This document shows positions 10,079 through 20,017 of a stretch of DNA of 64,000 nucleotides, piece by piece. Numbering within the stretch: position 1 is the first letter of the stretch; each line of letters begins with the position of its first letter. The position numbers and the translations under genes are program-made. The notes beneath the pieces were generated by a model that was given only the letters and a program-made list of their open reading frames with translations, was not told the DNA's origin and did no database searches. Origin of the DNA: a virus; the IMG/VR virus record IMGVR_UViG_3300031088_000734; one strand, 5' to 3'.

Positions 10079-10882
10079 TTAAATATTTATCATATCAATC
10101 ATTTTCATGTAATCCAAGAATGCAACACGTTTATCACCTGTTAATAGTCTAAAAAATGTTGCATGTGCTTTTTTTGCCCAATATGTATCATCAAAATTGA
10201 ATGTATTATAATCAATAAACCCAATATCAGTATGTTCTTGTGCATTTGTAATGTGTCGCAAGAAGCTAAGAAATAAAATTTCTGATGATACTTTTTCAAA
10301 ACCATCAATAGAATAACTTGATGTTCCAGCACCATTAACAGTATAGTTCACTGTTTCAAAACTTTTGCAGTGAACTGTGTGATTTTTATTGAAATAGTAT
10401 TTTAATTTTAATCTTTTCTTAGGATAATCTGGCAACTTAACATCGTTTAATTTTATAATCGTATACACTTCATTGATGCTGTCGTCTTTCAATGAAAACT
10501 CAAGATGTGATCGGTCATCTTTAAAATGATTTATATTCAATATATTCATTATTTCTGGATATCTTGGATCACCTTCATAATAGGATAGCCATTGAGTATA
10601 TTGACCACTATTATTAAAATAGGCATTCACTGCCAAACAGAAGGTAAAATCGAAAAATTTAACGTATAGATTGAAGGTTACATACTCTTTTGATTTGTAA
10701 AAATTTGTATTGGTATTAATAATTTTAACATTTTCTTTAATGATTTCTTTATTTAATTTAGGATTATTATTCATGATAGCAAACTTATCACATAACATTG
10801 ATTGTAAAATGTCTTTTTGATTGTCTGTCAAATTAGGAAATTTTTCTAATTCGTAATGGTTTGAAAATGTTAGTGACATCAT
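10079..10882 (-). CDS. hypothetical protein, tandem paralog 3 of 3, Met(-4) motif
   Basis: shared LCDK..IMNNN, LNINHF, YYFNKNHTV; ends MKMIDMINI. Confidence 0.8.
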   Translation of the reverse strand: MMSLTFSNHYELEKFPNLTDNQKDILQSMLCDKFAIMNNNPKLNKEIIKENVKIINTNTNFYKSKEYVTFNLYVKFFDFTFCLAVNAYFNNSGQYTQWLSYYEGDPRYPEIMNILNINHFKDDRSHLEFSLKDDSINEVYTIIKLNDVKLPDYPKKRLKLKYYFNKNHTVHCKSFETVNYTVNGAGTSSYSIDGFEKVSSEILFLSFLRHITNAQEHTDIGFIDYNTFNFDDTYWAKKAHATFFRLLTGDKRVAFLDYMKMIDMINI

Positions 10883-11020
10883 AAATCCTCAATTTTTCGA
10901 ATCTTTAAATTATACACTATTTTCCTATTTTAGTCTAGTTTTTCATGAAACAAAAACTAAAAAATAGTTGCTTTTATCTATTGGTTTATGTTAAAATGAT
11001 CGTCTCAAAGAGGTGATTGT

Positions 11021-11455
11021 ATGGAACTAGATATCAAAATTATAAAAGAGTTAGGCCCACATGTGGGGACAAAAGTTTGGATTTGTGATTATCGTCAACC
11101 TGACTTGGATAAGAAAGCTATCCGCCATGTCCCGCCAACTGAAGTATTCATTGTGTCCAATGAAGAAAATAAAACCAATAAGAAAATTTATTATTCTGAC
11201 ACTCATTTTAGACCTGTTGGTAAAAATGGTGAAGCTAGCAGTAAAATGATTGCTATTTTTGACAACACTGGCTACCGAGCTTATCCGGGTATTCCACTGC
11301 ACGTTTTTGACAACAAGGAAGAGTGTGTTGATTTTTATAATGATCAAGCTGATAAAATTATTTCAGCAATTGATGACAAACTCAGTTGGGTTGTGGTAGG
11401 ATTGAACAATTATAAAAACGAAATTCTCGACAACAAACTCAAATCAAGGAAATAA
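11021..11455 (+). CDS. hypothetical protein
   Basis: 144-aa ORF, GAGGTG RBS. Confidence 0.75.
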   Translation: MELDIKIIKELGPHVGTKVWICDYRQPDLDKKAIRHVPPTEVFIVSNEENKTNKKIYYSDTHFRPVGKNGEASSKMIAIFDNTGYRAYPGIPLHVFDNKEECVDFYNDQADKIISAIDDKLSWVVVGLNNYKNEILDNKLKSRK

Positions 11456-11458
11456 TCA

Positions 11459-11896
11459 ATGACCAGTCCAGTAGAAATCGGTGTTAAAGATCGTCATGGT
11501 GTAGAAATCGTTCAAGGTGATTATGTAAAATTTGATTTTGCTGATTTGATGGATACGCCATTCAGCAACAGTCACTTTGGTCAACTGATTCGCAAGCATA
11601 GCCTTGAAAAGTGTGTTATTCACTTTATGGCTGCAAAAACCTTTCAACCTGATTACGGCTGGCATAACACCTTGTGCTATGTCATTTACTTTTTGAAAAA
11701 TGATGATGTATTCCTTCGTCGTGAAGACATTGAAGAAGGTGAACCTCCTTATGTTCGGACAGGTGATGAACCACCTTACTTTACTTACGATTTTGACGCT
11801 CGTTTCTTGGTCTACATCAAACAGAAAGACCGTTTCAGCATTGCTGGTCATTCTGATAATACGCTTTTGACATTGTATGAAATTAAATCCGCTTAA
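11459..11896 (+). CDS. hypothetical protein
   Basis: 145-aa ORF directly after upstream gene. Confidence 0.7.
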   Translation: MTSPVEIGVKDRHGVEIVQGDYVKFDFADLMDTPFSNSHFGQLIRKHSLEKCVIHFMAAKTFQPDYGWHNTLCYVIYFLKNDDVFLRREDIEEGEPPYVRTGDEPPYFTYDFDARFLVYIKQKDRFSIAGHSDNTLLTLYEIKSA

Positions 11897-11944
11897 CTAT
11901 TTATAAAGATGGCTTAGGTCATCTTTTCACTTGGAGTTTAAACC

Positions 11945-12274
11945 ATGCTTAACTTTCTTTTTAAAAAAGTGATTGTTGTTGAATATGATGACCGTATCAG
12001 TATCTATGACACCTTTGAAAAGGTGAAACGCAATGATTCCCTGTTAGAGTATGTGAACAGCAATTTAACGCTTAAAAGTGGTTCGAAGTCGATGACAGCA
12101 GAACTACACACGGGGGCCGAATTTTATTACCCTGTCACTCTGTATGCGGCACATCGTTTTAATTTCTTGCACCTTAGCGATGCAGCATCTTGTGCTTATC
12201 ATCAGTTTAAATCTATTCTGACACGTTCTTCCTGTGATTGGGATAATTTTTCTGCTTATTCTTTCAAAAAATAA
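11945..12274 (+). CDS. hypothetical protein
   Basis: 109-aa ORF, GGAG RBS. Confidence 0.65.
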   Translation: MLNFLFKKVIVVEYDDRISIYDTFEKVKRNDSLLEYVNSNLTLKSGSKSMTAELHTGAEFYYPVTLYAAHRFNFLHLSDAASCAYHQFKSILTRSSCDWDNFSAYSFKK

Positions 12275-12296
12275 TTGTTTATTCATATAAAGAGAG

Positions 12297-12740
12297 GTGT
12301 TTAAGATGTCTATTAAAAATGATACCATGAGCAAAGGTGAGCAAATTTATTTTTCGTGTCTCTTTGGTTTATTGGCAACTCTTTTATTTGTACTCTTTTA
12401 TCTAGTTCTTTTTGTATTTACAACAACAACAACCTATAAAGTAAAGATGGATATTTTTACAATTGATAGGTCATTTGATTCCCATTCCAATCAGTGGATT
12501 GTTGGTGTTAAAGACATGGATAATATCAGACTTGGATCTTTTGTTTGCTCAGTGGAGCCAATCAATAAAAATCCAGCCCTATATTATCAAATGACTAAAA
12601 AAGAAACGTTAACTTCTTTTAAATATAGTTTTTATTTTAGTTACAATGAAAATTGTGATAGTGTAAGCAATCAACAGCAGAAATCAAAGCCAAATACTCG
12701 GCTTGCTCCACAAAGACAAAAAGGCGAATTCATACTATAG
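12297..12740 (+). CDS. single-pass membrane protein
   Basis: hydrophobic segment near N-terminus; TAG stop. Confidence 0.65.
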   Translation: MFKMSIKNDTMSKGEQIYFSCLFGLLATLLFVLFYLVLFVFTTTTTYKVKMDIFTIDRSFDSHSNQWIVGVKDMDNIRLGSFVCSVEPINKNPALYYQMTKKETLTSFKYSFYFSYNENCDSVSNQQQKSKPNTRLAPQRQKGEFIL

Positions 12741-12800
12741 TGGTTGATTTTTTCTCATTTCATGATATAATGACCTTCTAAATTATTAGAGGTCTTTATC

Positions 12801-13280
12801 ATGGGCATTACCTTTCAGGCTCAAATCAATCACAATGATTATCCAGAAGTTAAAGTCTTCATGGCGGATCGTTACCCTGATCTTGATGAAGAATACTTCA
12901 AGCTTGAAGGTTACTGCAGTTTTGATGAGGAAACTCAACGTCACTACCAGTTAGAGCGAGTCATTGACTTCAAACAAAGTCGTGATTTTAGCTATGCTAA
13001 TTTCTATTTAGTTTTGGATCTTGTTGACCGCAATATTCGTATTGCTACCCAAGCAGATGGCGGATACTACGCTATTGATCATGCTGACATTCAAATTTTC
13101 CGTAAAAAGGTTTTCATGGCGTTGAATAAGGTCAATGAAAGCCATGCTGTTGAACCGTCTCAAAACGGTAACTTTTATGATGGTGGTGCATCAACCGATT
13201 ATATTCGTGATGCCTTAACGGACATGCTTGAAATCATTGATCAGGCATATAAGAAAAACTTAAACGTATTTTGGGCTTAA
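12801..13280 (+). CDS. hypothetical protein
   Basis: 159-aa ORF, GAGG RBS, promoter upstream. Confidence 0.75.
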   Translation: MGITFQAQINHNDYPEVKVFMADRYPDLDEEYFKLEGYCSFDEETQRHYQLERVIDFKQSRDFSYANFYLVLDLVDRNIRIATQADGGYYAIDHADIQIFRKKVFMALNKVNESHAVEPSQNGNFYDGGASTDYIRDALTDMLEIIDQAYKKNLNVFWA

Positions 13281-13282
13281 TT

Positions 13283-13630
13283 ATGATTAAATCAAACAGT
13301 TTATTTAAAGCTGGACTATGCACCATTCTTGGTTCAGTAGTCTTTTCAATCTTTTTCTGGAATGGTTACATGATGAGCACGGGTCGTTATATGATTTGGG
13401 AAACCTTTGAAGGGCGTTCTCATTTTATTATGTTTATGTCTTTCCTTATGCCATTATTAATGGGATTACCCACTGGTTTTGGACTGATCTTGTATTCCAT
13501 TCGTAAAGAAAGCATTGAAAGAGAAGATGAAATTAACGAACGAATTGCAATTAGGAATCAAAAATTAGAAAATCCAAATTTAACACAAACAGAACGTCTA
13601 GAAATTATTCTCGACACTCACAAACATTAA
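13283..13630 (+). CDS. two-helix membrane protein
   Basis: two hydrophobic segments, charged C-terminus. Confidence 0.7.
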   Translation: MIKSNSLFKAGLCTILGSVVFSIFFWNGYMMSTGRYMIWETFEGRSHFIMFMSFLMPLLMGLPTGFGLILYSIRKESIEREDEINERIAIRNQKLENPNLTQTERLEIILDTHKH

Positions 13631-13635
13631 TTTAC

Positions 13636-13687
13636 CAAAGCTTAGTAAAAAGAATGCCCCTTGATTCATCTATGGGGTGGATGTCAA
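13636..13687 (+). mobile_element. 52-bp IS605/IS608-type minimal element (fused left end + right end, PATE-like)
   Basis: preceded by TTAC; 13636-13677 equals the left end of the IS at 46286 except 2 nt; TGGATGTCAA 13678-13687 equals the right-end terminus 47462-47471. Confidence 0.85.
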
Positions 13688-13698
13688 GGAGGCTTCAT

Positions 13699-14079
13699 AT
13701 GACAATTGCTCAAAAAGACAATGAAAGTTTTGTTAACGCCATACGTTCAATGACTGAAAAGTTTATTGTTCTCTATGAAAGTAAATCTGTATCCCAAGAT
13801 TTTTCTTGGTTTAAATTCCGTGATCACACCCTTTTATCCGCTATTCGACATTCCTTTGGAGAATTGACCAAAGAAGAACGTGAGCAGTATGATCATGTGT
13901 TTAATAATGTCATGAATCTTCATGGTTATGTTCAGAAAAAGGTCAGCATGTTTGATGATGAAGTCGAAGTGTGGCACACAACACCCACTTTAAATGTCGA
14001 GCTTCATGAATACCTTGGCATTGCTTCGGGGGATTATTCACATTTCATGTTTGGCCTCCCTGTTTACTCAAAACAATAA
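13699..14079 (+). CDS. hypothetical protein
   Basis: true start ATG 13699 after GGAGG; the track start 13654 lies inside the mini-element. Confidence 0.7.
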   Translation: MTIAQKDNESFVNAIRSMTEKFIVLYESKSVSQDFSWFKFRDHTLLSAIRHSFGELTKEEREQYDHVFNNVMNLHGYVQKKVSMFDDEVEVWHTTPTLNVELHEYLGIASGDYSHFMFGLPVYSKQ

Positions 14080-14109
14080 AATACGTTAATCCAGAAGATG
14101 AGGTGCTAA

Positions 14110-14733
14110 TTGTTAAGTCCAACAGAAAGAAACACATTCATAAAAACGGCACTTCAATTCGCTGAGAAACATAAACTTCCAACGAATAATTATCTAGGCA
14201 AGTCTCGCCTTTCATTTCATAATGATAAACATGAAGAATTTGTGCCAAATCATTATTTTGATTATTCAGCGTATGCTTCAATTATCTTTAAAGACTTCAA
14301 ATTACAACATTCGAATTTAAAACTCATACAAATGTTAGATCCTTATATTAAGAATTTGAATATTAAAATTGATTTTGAGCGACTTAGATTGCATCAGTAT
14401 TACAAAATTGGTTTAAAGCCAGATTACACATCACTTGAAGATGTCTTATATTTAAGCACTCAACTGGTTAGTATTAATCCTACTAAAGAAGTTCAAGATA
14501 GAATAACGATTCGATATTATTTGACACCTATCGAAACGTATTTTAAACAATCGATTTTCCCACGCTCTTTTAATATTGATGGTTTTGTGTTGCATGTTTA
14601 TTACAAGGATATTGAGTCATCTCTCTTTGCTCTGCTAGAAGCGAATAAACAAAAAATTGAAGATATTCTTGGATACCATATTGATCATATTAATCAAGAT
14701 ACGGTGAATCTCTTAGATATGACAATGATTTGA
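14110..14733 (+). CDS. hypothetical protein, paralog of 14828, Met(-4) motif
   Basis: LKPDYTSLEDV vs LKKDYTSLQDV; ends NLLDMTMI. Confidence 0.75.
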   Translation: MLSPTERNTFIKTALQFAEKHKLPTNNYLGKSRLSFHNDKHEEFVPNHYFDYSAYASIIFKDFKLQHSNLKLIQMLDPYIKNLNIKIDFERLRLHQYYKIGLKPDYTSLEDVLYLSTQLVSINPTKEVQDRITIRYYLTPIETYFKQSIFPRSFNIDGFVLHVYYKDIESSLFALLEANKQKIEDILGYHIDHINQDTVNLLDMTMI

Positions 14734-14827
14734 AGCTAGCTCATTTTTGTTGACGACATTTATAAAATATGCCATAATATAGCATCATTAACTGTCACTA
14801 CAGACAACAGACTTCTTGGGCTTTTTT

Positions 14828-15457
14828 ATGACTACAACAAACCCTGACATCGACTATTTCAAATCAATTTTTGCAGAGTTCTCTGCTGAGCATCAATTGA
14901 AAGTGGACAAGTATTCATCACGAAGACTTTTGAGCTTTTATACACATGAGTTCAAACCACTTATGCTGCATAAATTGGACATTGATGCTGTTGCTCCACT
15001 GGTGTTAAAGCCTTTCAAAGCTTTTAATGTCGAAAGACTGGTCAAAAAAGCAAAAATCATCTTTGATGAGTTTGTTGATGAACGTCTTGAAGGTTTTATA
15101 TTACCCGATTTTTACGATACCTTTGAAACGCATACTATTCAATCTGTTGTATTGAAGAAGGATTATACCAGCCTTCAAGATGTGGCTTATTATCAGGTCG
15201 AATTGATTAGTGACAAAAAACCTACTCGCATTTTTATTAATTTTCATACTGAGCCTGTTACACCATCTTATCGTAGAGACAGCAATAAACGAGGCTCTAT
15301 TAAATATCTCATTGCTGATGTTTACTATAAAGATATGGAATCTATTAAAGAACCTATGTTTGCTTATTATTTAACTGAAGTGAGCGAATTTCTCCAAACT
15401 CCGGTTACTGACATGAGTGAAAATGTCTTAACTTTGATTGAAATGGCAAAAATCTAA
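14828..15457 (+). CDS. hypothetical protein, paralog of 14110, Met(-4) motif
   Basis: own promoter TTGACG 14750 / CATAAT 14773; ends TLIEMAKI. Confidence 0.75.
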   Translation: MTTTNPDIDYFKSIFAEFSAEHQLKVDKYSSRRLLSFYTHEFKPLMLHKLDIDAVAPLVLKPFKAFNVERLVKKAKIIFDEFVDERLEGFILPDFYDTFETHTIQSVVLKKDYTSLQDVAYYQVELISDKKPTRIFINFHTEPVTPSYRRDSNKRGSIKYLIADVYYKDMESIKEPMFAYYLTEVSEFLQTPVTDMSENVLTLIEMAKI

Positions 15458-15536
15458 AAACATATCCTTTTTTCTTGACGAATTTATATTTTTTTAGTAT
15501 AATTACGAGATTGAAAATAAAAGAGGATTTCATAAC

Positions 15537-16622
15537 ATGTCTACGTTTAAAGCTACTGTTCTTTCAGTCATTGTTGAGCCACATCCTAACGCTGATGCGA
15601 TTGAACTGGCTCGCGTTGGTGATTTCTTTTCGATTATCCAAAAGGGATACTTGAAAACTGGCGACTTGGCTGTTTATATCCCAGAAGGTGCTCTTGTTCC
15701 TGAATTCATTCAAGAAGAAGTAGGTTGCCTTGGTAAATTGGCAGGTTCCAAGAAAAACCGTTTGAAACCATCTATGCTTCGTGGCGTCCTTAGCCAAGGT
15801 CTTTGCTTTAAGGCCCGTGAAGGCTGGGAAATCGGTGATGATAAAGCCGAAGAATTGGGTATCGTGAAATACGAAGCTCCTATTCCAGCATCCATGAATG
15901 GTGAGATTACCAACGTAGGCATTGAAAACACTTTCCACTTTGACATTGAAAACGTTAAACGCTACCCTGATGTATTGGTAGCAGGTGAAGAAGTCATTAT
16001 GACTGAAAAATTGCACGGCACGTTCACTGTTGCGGGTAGTGTGTATGGTAAAGATCCAATCCCACACACTGTTAATGGTCGCTCTTTCGTGAGTAGCAAA
16101 GGGTTCTTTAACAAAGGTTTGGTGCTTCGTGATAACGAACAAAATGCTCATAACATTTACATTCGTGTAGCGAAGAAATTTAACCTTTACGACATTACGG
16201 CTATCCTGTCAGACCGTTACAAAACCAACGCTTACATTTCAGGTGAAACGTTTGGTGCTGTTCAAGACTTGACTTATGGTCTTGAAGCTGGTGTGTTTGA
16301 TTTCCGTGTGTTCAACGTGTTCCTTGGAAATCGTAGTGATGCAAAAGGCGTGTTTGCAGTTAATGATGATGTGTTGGAAGAGATTCTTGCTGAATTCAAC
16401 TTGAAACGTGTGCCAGTGCTTTACAAAGGGCCATTCAGTAAAGAAGTGATGTTGAAACACACTGATGGTCTTGAAACCTACTCAGGTCAAGAAACGCACA
16501 TTCGTGAAGGGCTTGTTATTGAGCCACTTATTCAGCGTCGTGACCCAACTATTGGGCGTGTTGTCTTGAAAAGTGTTTCAACTGCTTACTTGTCGCGTAA
16601 AGGTGGCACTGAGCTTAACTAA
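15537..16622 (+). CDS. RNA ligase, DRB0094 (Rnl5) family
   Basis: N-terminal OB-like module (PHPNADAIELARV), motif I TEKLHGT, SGETFG, FRVFNV, REGLVI, LKSVSTAYL; promoter TTGACG 15475 / TATAAT 15498. Confidence 0.9.
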   Translation: MSTFKATVLSVIVEPHPNADAIELARVGDFFSIIQKGYLKTGDLAVYIPEGALVPEFIQEEVGCLGKLAGSKKNRLKPSMLRGVLSQGLCFKAREGWEIGDDKAEELGIVKYEAPIPASMNGEITNVGIENTFHFDIENVKRYPDVLVAGEEVIMTEKLHGTFTVAGSVYGKDPIPHTVNGRSFVSSKGFFNKGLVLRDNEQNAHNIYIRVAKKFNLYDITAILSDRYKTNAYISGETFGAVQDLTYGLEAGVFDFRVFNVFLGNRSDAKGVFAVNDDVLEEILAEFNLKRVPVLYKGPFSKEVMLKHTDGLETYSGQETHIREGLVIEPLIQRRDPTIGRVVLKSVSTAYLSRKGGTELN

Positions 16623-16635
16623 TTGCAATACTTAT

Positions 16636-16660
16636 AGGAGCCTTCGGGTTCCTTTTTTTT
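16636..16660 (+). terminator. intrinsic terminator
   Basis: AGGAGCC-TTCG-GGTTCCT followed by T-run. Confidence 0.85.
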
Positions 16661-16673
16661 TGAGGTTCTAATT

Positions 16674-17012
16674 ATGATTACCATGACATGCGAACAAATT
16701 AAAGCGGCTGTTGGTTTGGTGGCTTTAAAACATAACCTAGATATTCAATGGAGTTCCGAGGATTCTTTTACATGGATTACCATGTGGCGTGATGGCTTGA
16801 AATTCAAAGCAGCCGAAGCAGATCAGATTTCGCAAGAGATTGCAGACGCCAGTGGTTGTGACTTCTACTTAAACAAAATCATTGCTGATGGTTTTGAAGG
16901 TGCCTTAGATGCCTACTTCCGCAAAGTGTTGCCTGATGAAGTTCCAAAAAAATACATCGACTATGGTAATACACACATTGATGAATATGGCGAAAAATTC
17001 ATTGCCAAATAA
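16674..17012 (+). CDS. hypothetical protein
   Basis: 112-aa ORF, GAGG RBS. Confidence 0.65.
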   Translation: MITMTCEQIKAAVGLVALKHNLDIQWSSEDSFTWITMWRDGLKFKAAEADQISQEIADASGCDFYLNKIIADGFEGALDAYFRKVLPDEVPKKYIDYGNTHIDEYGEKFIAK

Positions 17013-17096
17013 CGTATTTAAAGGAGCCGGGAGGTTCCTTTTTTATTGCTGTCATGGTATAATAATTCATCAAATTATCAAGAGAACACCTTAATC

Positions 17097-17696
17097 ATGA
17101 ACGAAAAAATTAGTCGCTTGCTCAACGCTTTTTATCACATCAGCTTTGATGGAACCGATTACTTCGCCATTTCACCTACAGTACCTCATGATGGCCTTTC
17201 AGAATTGGCTATTTGCATTGCTCATGATTGTGACATTCATGTTATGCCTTGCATGAATCCAGATGTCACTTCATTGCGTGATGCCGATGGCACCATGAAT
17301 GATATTTATCAAGACATGTTCTTTTCCTTTGAACAATATCCCACTCTGACAGGCTTTTTGAAAATTGCGGCCCGTGGTATTGGAATGGACAACATGATTG
17401 GTCGTATTACCAGTGGTGTGGATCTTAAAAATCCTGTTGAATTGATCAATGCAATTGTAGAAGAACAAGATTATCCAGATATTATTGAAGGCTTTGTCTA
17501 CTCTCGACTACAAGACGATAATGATGGTGAAGAGACTTCTACGTTGGACATCAGCTTTGACCGTATGGGAGCTTATGTGAAGGTTCGTTCTCTGGATAGC
17601 CTTCGTTATCGGACAAGCTATGGCGGCGGCAAAAGTGACCGTCTTCGTAACTCTTTGTTGTTGATTTGCTATATCATCCATCATAACCTTGTCTAA
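17097..17696 (+). CDS. hypothetical protein
   Basis: start moved to ATG 17097 downstream of TGGTATAAT. Confidence 0.7.
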   Translation: MNEKISRLLNAFYHISFDGTDYFAISPTVPHDGLSELAICIAHDCDIHVMPCMNPDVTSLRDADGTMNDIYQDMFFSFEQYPTLTGFLKIAARGIGMDNMIGRITSGVDLKNPVELINAIVEEQDYPDIIEGFVYSRLQDDNDGEETSTLDISFDRMGAYVKVRSLDSLRYRTSYGGGKSDRLRNSLLLICYIIHHNLV

Positions 17697-17746
17697 TCCA
17701 GTCTAAACTGCTATAATAGGCCATACTTTTTCATCGGAGATACATT

Positions 17747-18175
17747 ATGACTACTTTGCACAAAGGTTTCAACAAAATCATGGAAAGCGAATCTATCTTG
17801 AGTGGTAACGTTCACTCAACCGTTCAGCGTTCGATGTATGTTCGCGGTGTTCATAATGTTGAATGTAATGGTTATGATTTCAAGACAGGTGAACTACACC
17901 AGCGTGACATGAACATTTTTACTGATTGGATGCAGCGTCATGTTTGTGCTGATTACCTTGTTCGTGATGATTTCTACAAACGAGTGTCAGACCTCGCTTT
18001 CAAAGGTGATGTCTGCTTGTATATCTTCCACAGTTCGCCTAAATCGGCTGCTATTGCCATTGCGGTTTCGGATAAAACAGGTTTGCAATATTTCTACGAA
18101 CTCAAAGGCGACATTAAAAACCGCAGTATTGTCAACTACATTAAAAGTGAATTGAACACCAAAGGCTGGTTTTAA
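17747..18175 (+). CDS. hypothetical protein
   Basis: 142-aa ORF, GGAG RBS. Confidence 0.75.
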   Translation: MTTLHKGFNKIMESESILSGNVHSTVQRSMYVRGVHNVECNGYDFKTGELHQRDMNIFTDWMQRHVCADYLVRDDFYKRVSDLAFKGDVCLYIFHSSPKSAAIAIAVSDKTGLQYFYELKGDIKNRSIVNYIKSELNTKGWF

Positions 18176-18267
18176 CTAGCCTTCATCTAGCTCCTAGTTG
18201 ATTTTTGACTTTTACTTAGATTATAGTATACTGAGTTGAAGTTAAAAGAAAACAACTAGGAGTATTT

Positions 18268-18768
18268 ATGTTAAAGAAAACCCTATTAGCGTGTCTTTTG
18301 ATCAGTAGTTCATTAGCTGTTCAAGCCGAAGAATTTGCACCTTTCGGAATCAAAATTGGAGAGACTAGCTCTTTCTATCCAAAAAATCTTCAACCCACTG
18401 TTCTTGAACCTGTTAAAGTTCAACCACCAGCCCCTGTTGATGACTTTTTTAATGAATACAACATTTACTTTAATGACGATCAATTGGTTCGCAAAGTAGA
18501 AGCGTCTGGTGATTTAACCTCTGGTAAATACAGTTGTGTCGATATTGCCAATTCACTCAATGATACATTCATCAAGACTTATAAAAACGCTCAACCGGGT
18601 GTTCAAAATGGTGCAATGTATGCGTACACTGTTGAAAGTGGAACAGACACTTATTCGGCTTATATCTCATGTGACGATACGTCTATTCATTATGTAATGT
18701 TCAATCCCGGTCTTGAAAAAATACGCGACAACATTGAAAATCCACCAAAACCAGATGTAAAATTGTAA
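18268..18768 (+). CDS. exported protein
   Basis: signal peptide MLKKTLLACLLISSSLAVQA. Confidence 0.75.
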   Translation: MLKKTLLACLLISSSLAVQAEEFAPFGIKIGETSSFYPKNLQPTVLEPVKVQPPAPVDDFFNEYNIYFNDDQLVRKVEASGDLTSGKYSCVDIANSLNDTFIKTYKNAQPGVQNGAMYAYTVESGTDTYSAYISCDDTSIHYVMFNPGLEKIRDNIENPPKPDVKL

Positions 18769-18855
18769 CCTATTTTATTTTAAATAATTAGCCAGCCTTT
18801 GTGTTGGCTTTTTTGTTTTTTCTGTTATATTAAATATTTTAAGGAGAACAAAAAA

Positions 18856-19245
18856 ATGTCAAGCATACCAAAATTAAGCGTTAGATTAAGTGACAACTAT
18901 AAATCTGCACTCGATGAAATTAAAACCGCTATTACTGATTTCAGAGCAATGGTTGAGTTGCATGATCCTTATATGGTTGAAATGGTTGTCAGAGATGGCT
19001 GTGTGGACAGTGATGAAAGTATTCCAGATGATTATGATTTTGAGTTGGATCAAGAATCTTTGTATATTAATATCTCGAATCTTCCTAAGCTAAAACAATG
19101 CACACCGGCTGAACTTAGTTTGTTAGAATATTCATTTAAAGATTCTGAATTGAAATTGTGGTTTTATGTTACGCATGATGATAAGTCTTTTCTCTTTATT
19201 CAAGCTCCATTGTCGCATATAATTGAGAATTCTAGGCACTATTGA
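18856..19245 (+). CDS. acidic hypothetical protein
   Basis: start moved to ATG 18856 after AAGGAG. Confidence 0.7.
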   Translation: MSSIPKLSVRLSDNYKSALDEIKTAITDFRAMVELHDPYMVEMVVRDGCVDSDESIPDDYDFELDQESLYINISNLPKLKQCTPAELSLLEYSFKDSELKLWFYVTHDDKSFLFIQAPLSHIIENSRHY

Positions 19246-19676
19246 TGACTGACATTGTTCCTTTACTTCCAAAGCTGATACATACACATGCTATCACAAA
19301 AGCCATTGATACCATCACAGGCTTGATTACTGCTGTCCAATCGGCACATGACCTTTTTTCAAAAAAAGACATTATTGATAGAGCAACTGAAATGGATTAT
19401 CGTATGTATTATGAGAAAAAACTACCTAATGATATGTTATTCATTCCTATTCCTTTTGATATACTCAACATTTCAAACGCTGAAATTGAAGTGGTTAAAC
19501 GCCACTTTGAGATTAGATCCGGTATCGTTTTTTCAATCAAGAATATAAAAATTAAGCAGGATTATAATCACTGTATTGGATTTTCAATGGCTATTTTGTA
19601 TCCAGCACCAGAAAAAGTAGAGAAACCTGAACCTGTTAAAGAAGTCGCTAAGGTTCCAGCAAAAAAAGGAAAATAA
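19242..19676 (+). CDS. hypothetical protein
   Basis: 144-aa ORF coupled to upstream stop; Lys/Pro-rich tail. Confidence 0.65.
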   Translation: MMTDIVPLLPKLIHTHAITKAIDTITGLITAVQSAHDLFSKKDIIDRATEMDYRMYYEKKLPNDMLFIPIPFDILNISNAEIEVVKRHFEIRSGIVFSIKNIKIKQDYNHCIGFSMAILYPAPEKVEKPEPVKEVAKVPAKKGK

Positions 19677-20017
19677 AAACCCCGCTCTTGTGAGCAGGGC
19701 TTTTGGAATGAGGTAAGAGTGGCGATGAATTGCCGATAAAGAACCCTTATGATCCCCGCGATAAGACGGCCCTTGGTGGCTATAATATCACTGGTTACTT
19801 TTTATAACTCCCTTCCAGAATAACCACGACCAGTTAGGATGTTAGATTTTATATTAATACTGGCGACGAGGAAAAAATCTTCGAGACGTAAAAAACCTTT
19901 CGTCCAGTGAATTTTTTTTTAACAACTATGAAGTATACGGCCTGAAAAACTTCAATAAAAAAATCCGATATACTCAACCAAGATCTAAATCATATCACAA
20001 ATAATACCCTTGTCAAT

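Noticed and set aside
13654-13698. N-terminal extension MPLDSSMGWMSRRLH of the 13654 ORF, and similar extension of the 47456 ORF
   Set aside because: Both are read out of IS end sequence; better RBS-supported or downstream starts exist at 13699 and 47498
15564-16151. 195-aa minus-strand ORF and other long antisense or frame-shifted ORFs in the track (e.g. 5004..5465, 63137..63667, 61548..61913)
   Set aside because: Overlap well-supported genes, lack RBS and recognisable motifs
19885-19910. Hammerhead ribozyme suggested by GGACGAAA on the minus strand
   Set aside because: The required CTGATGA core is absent
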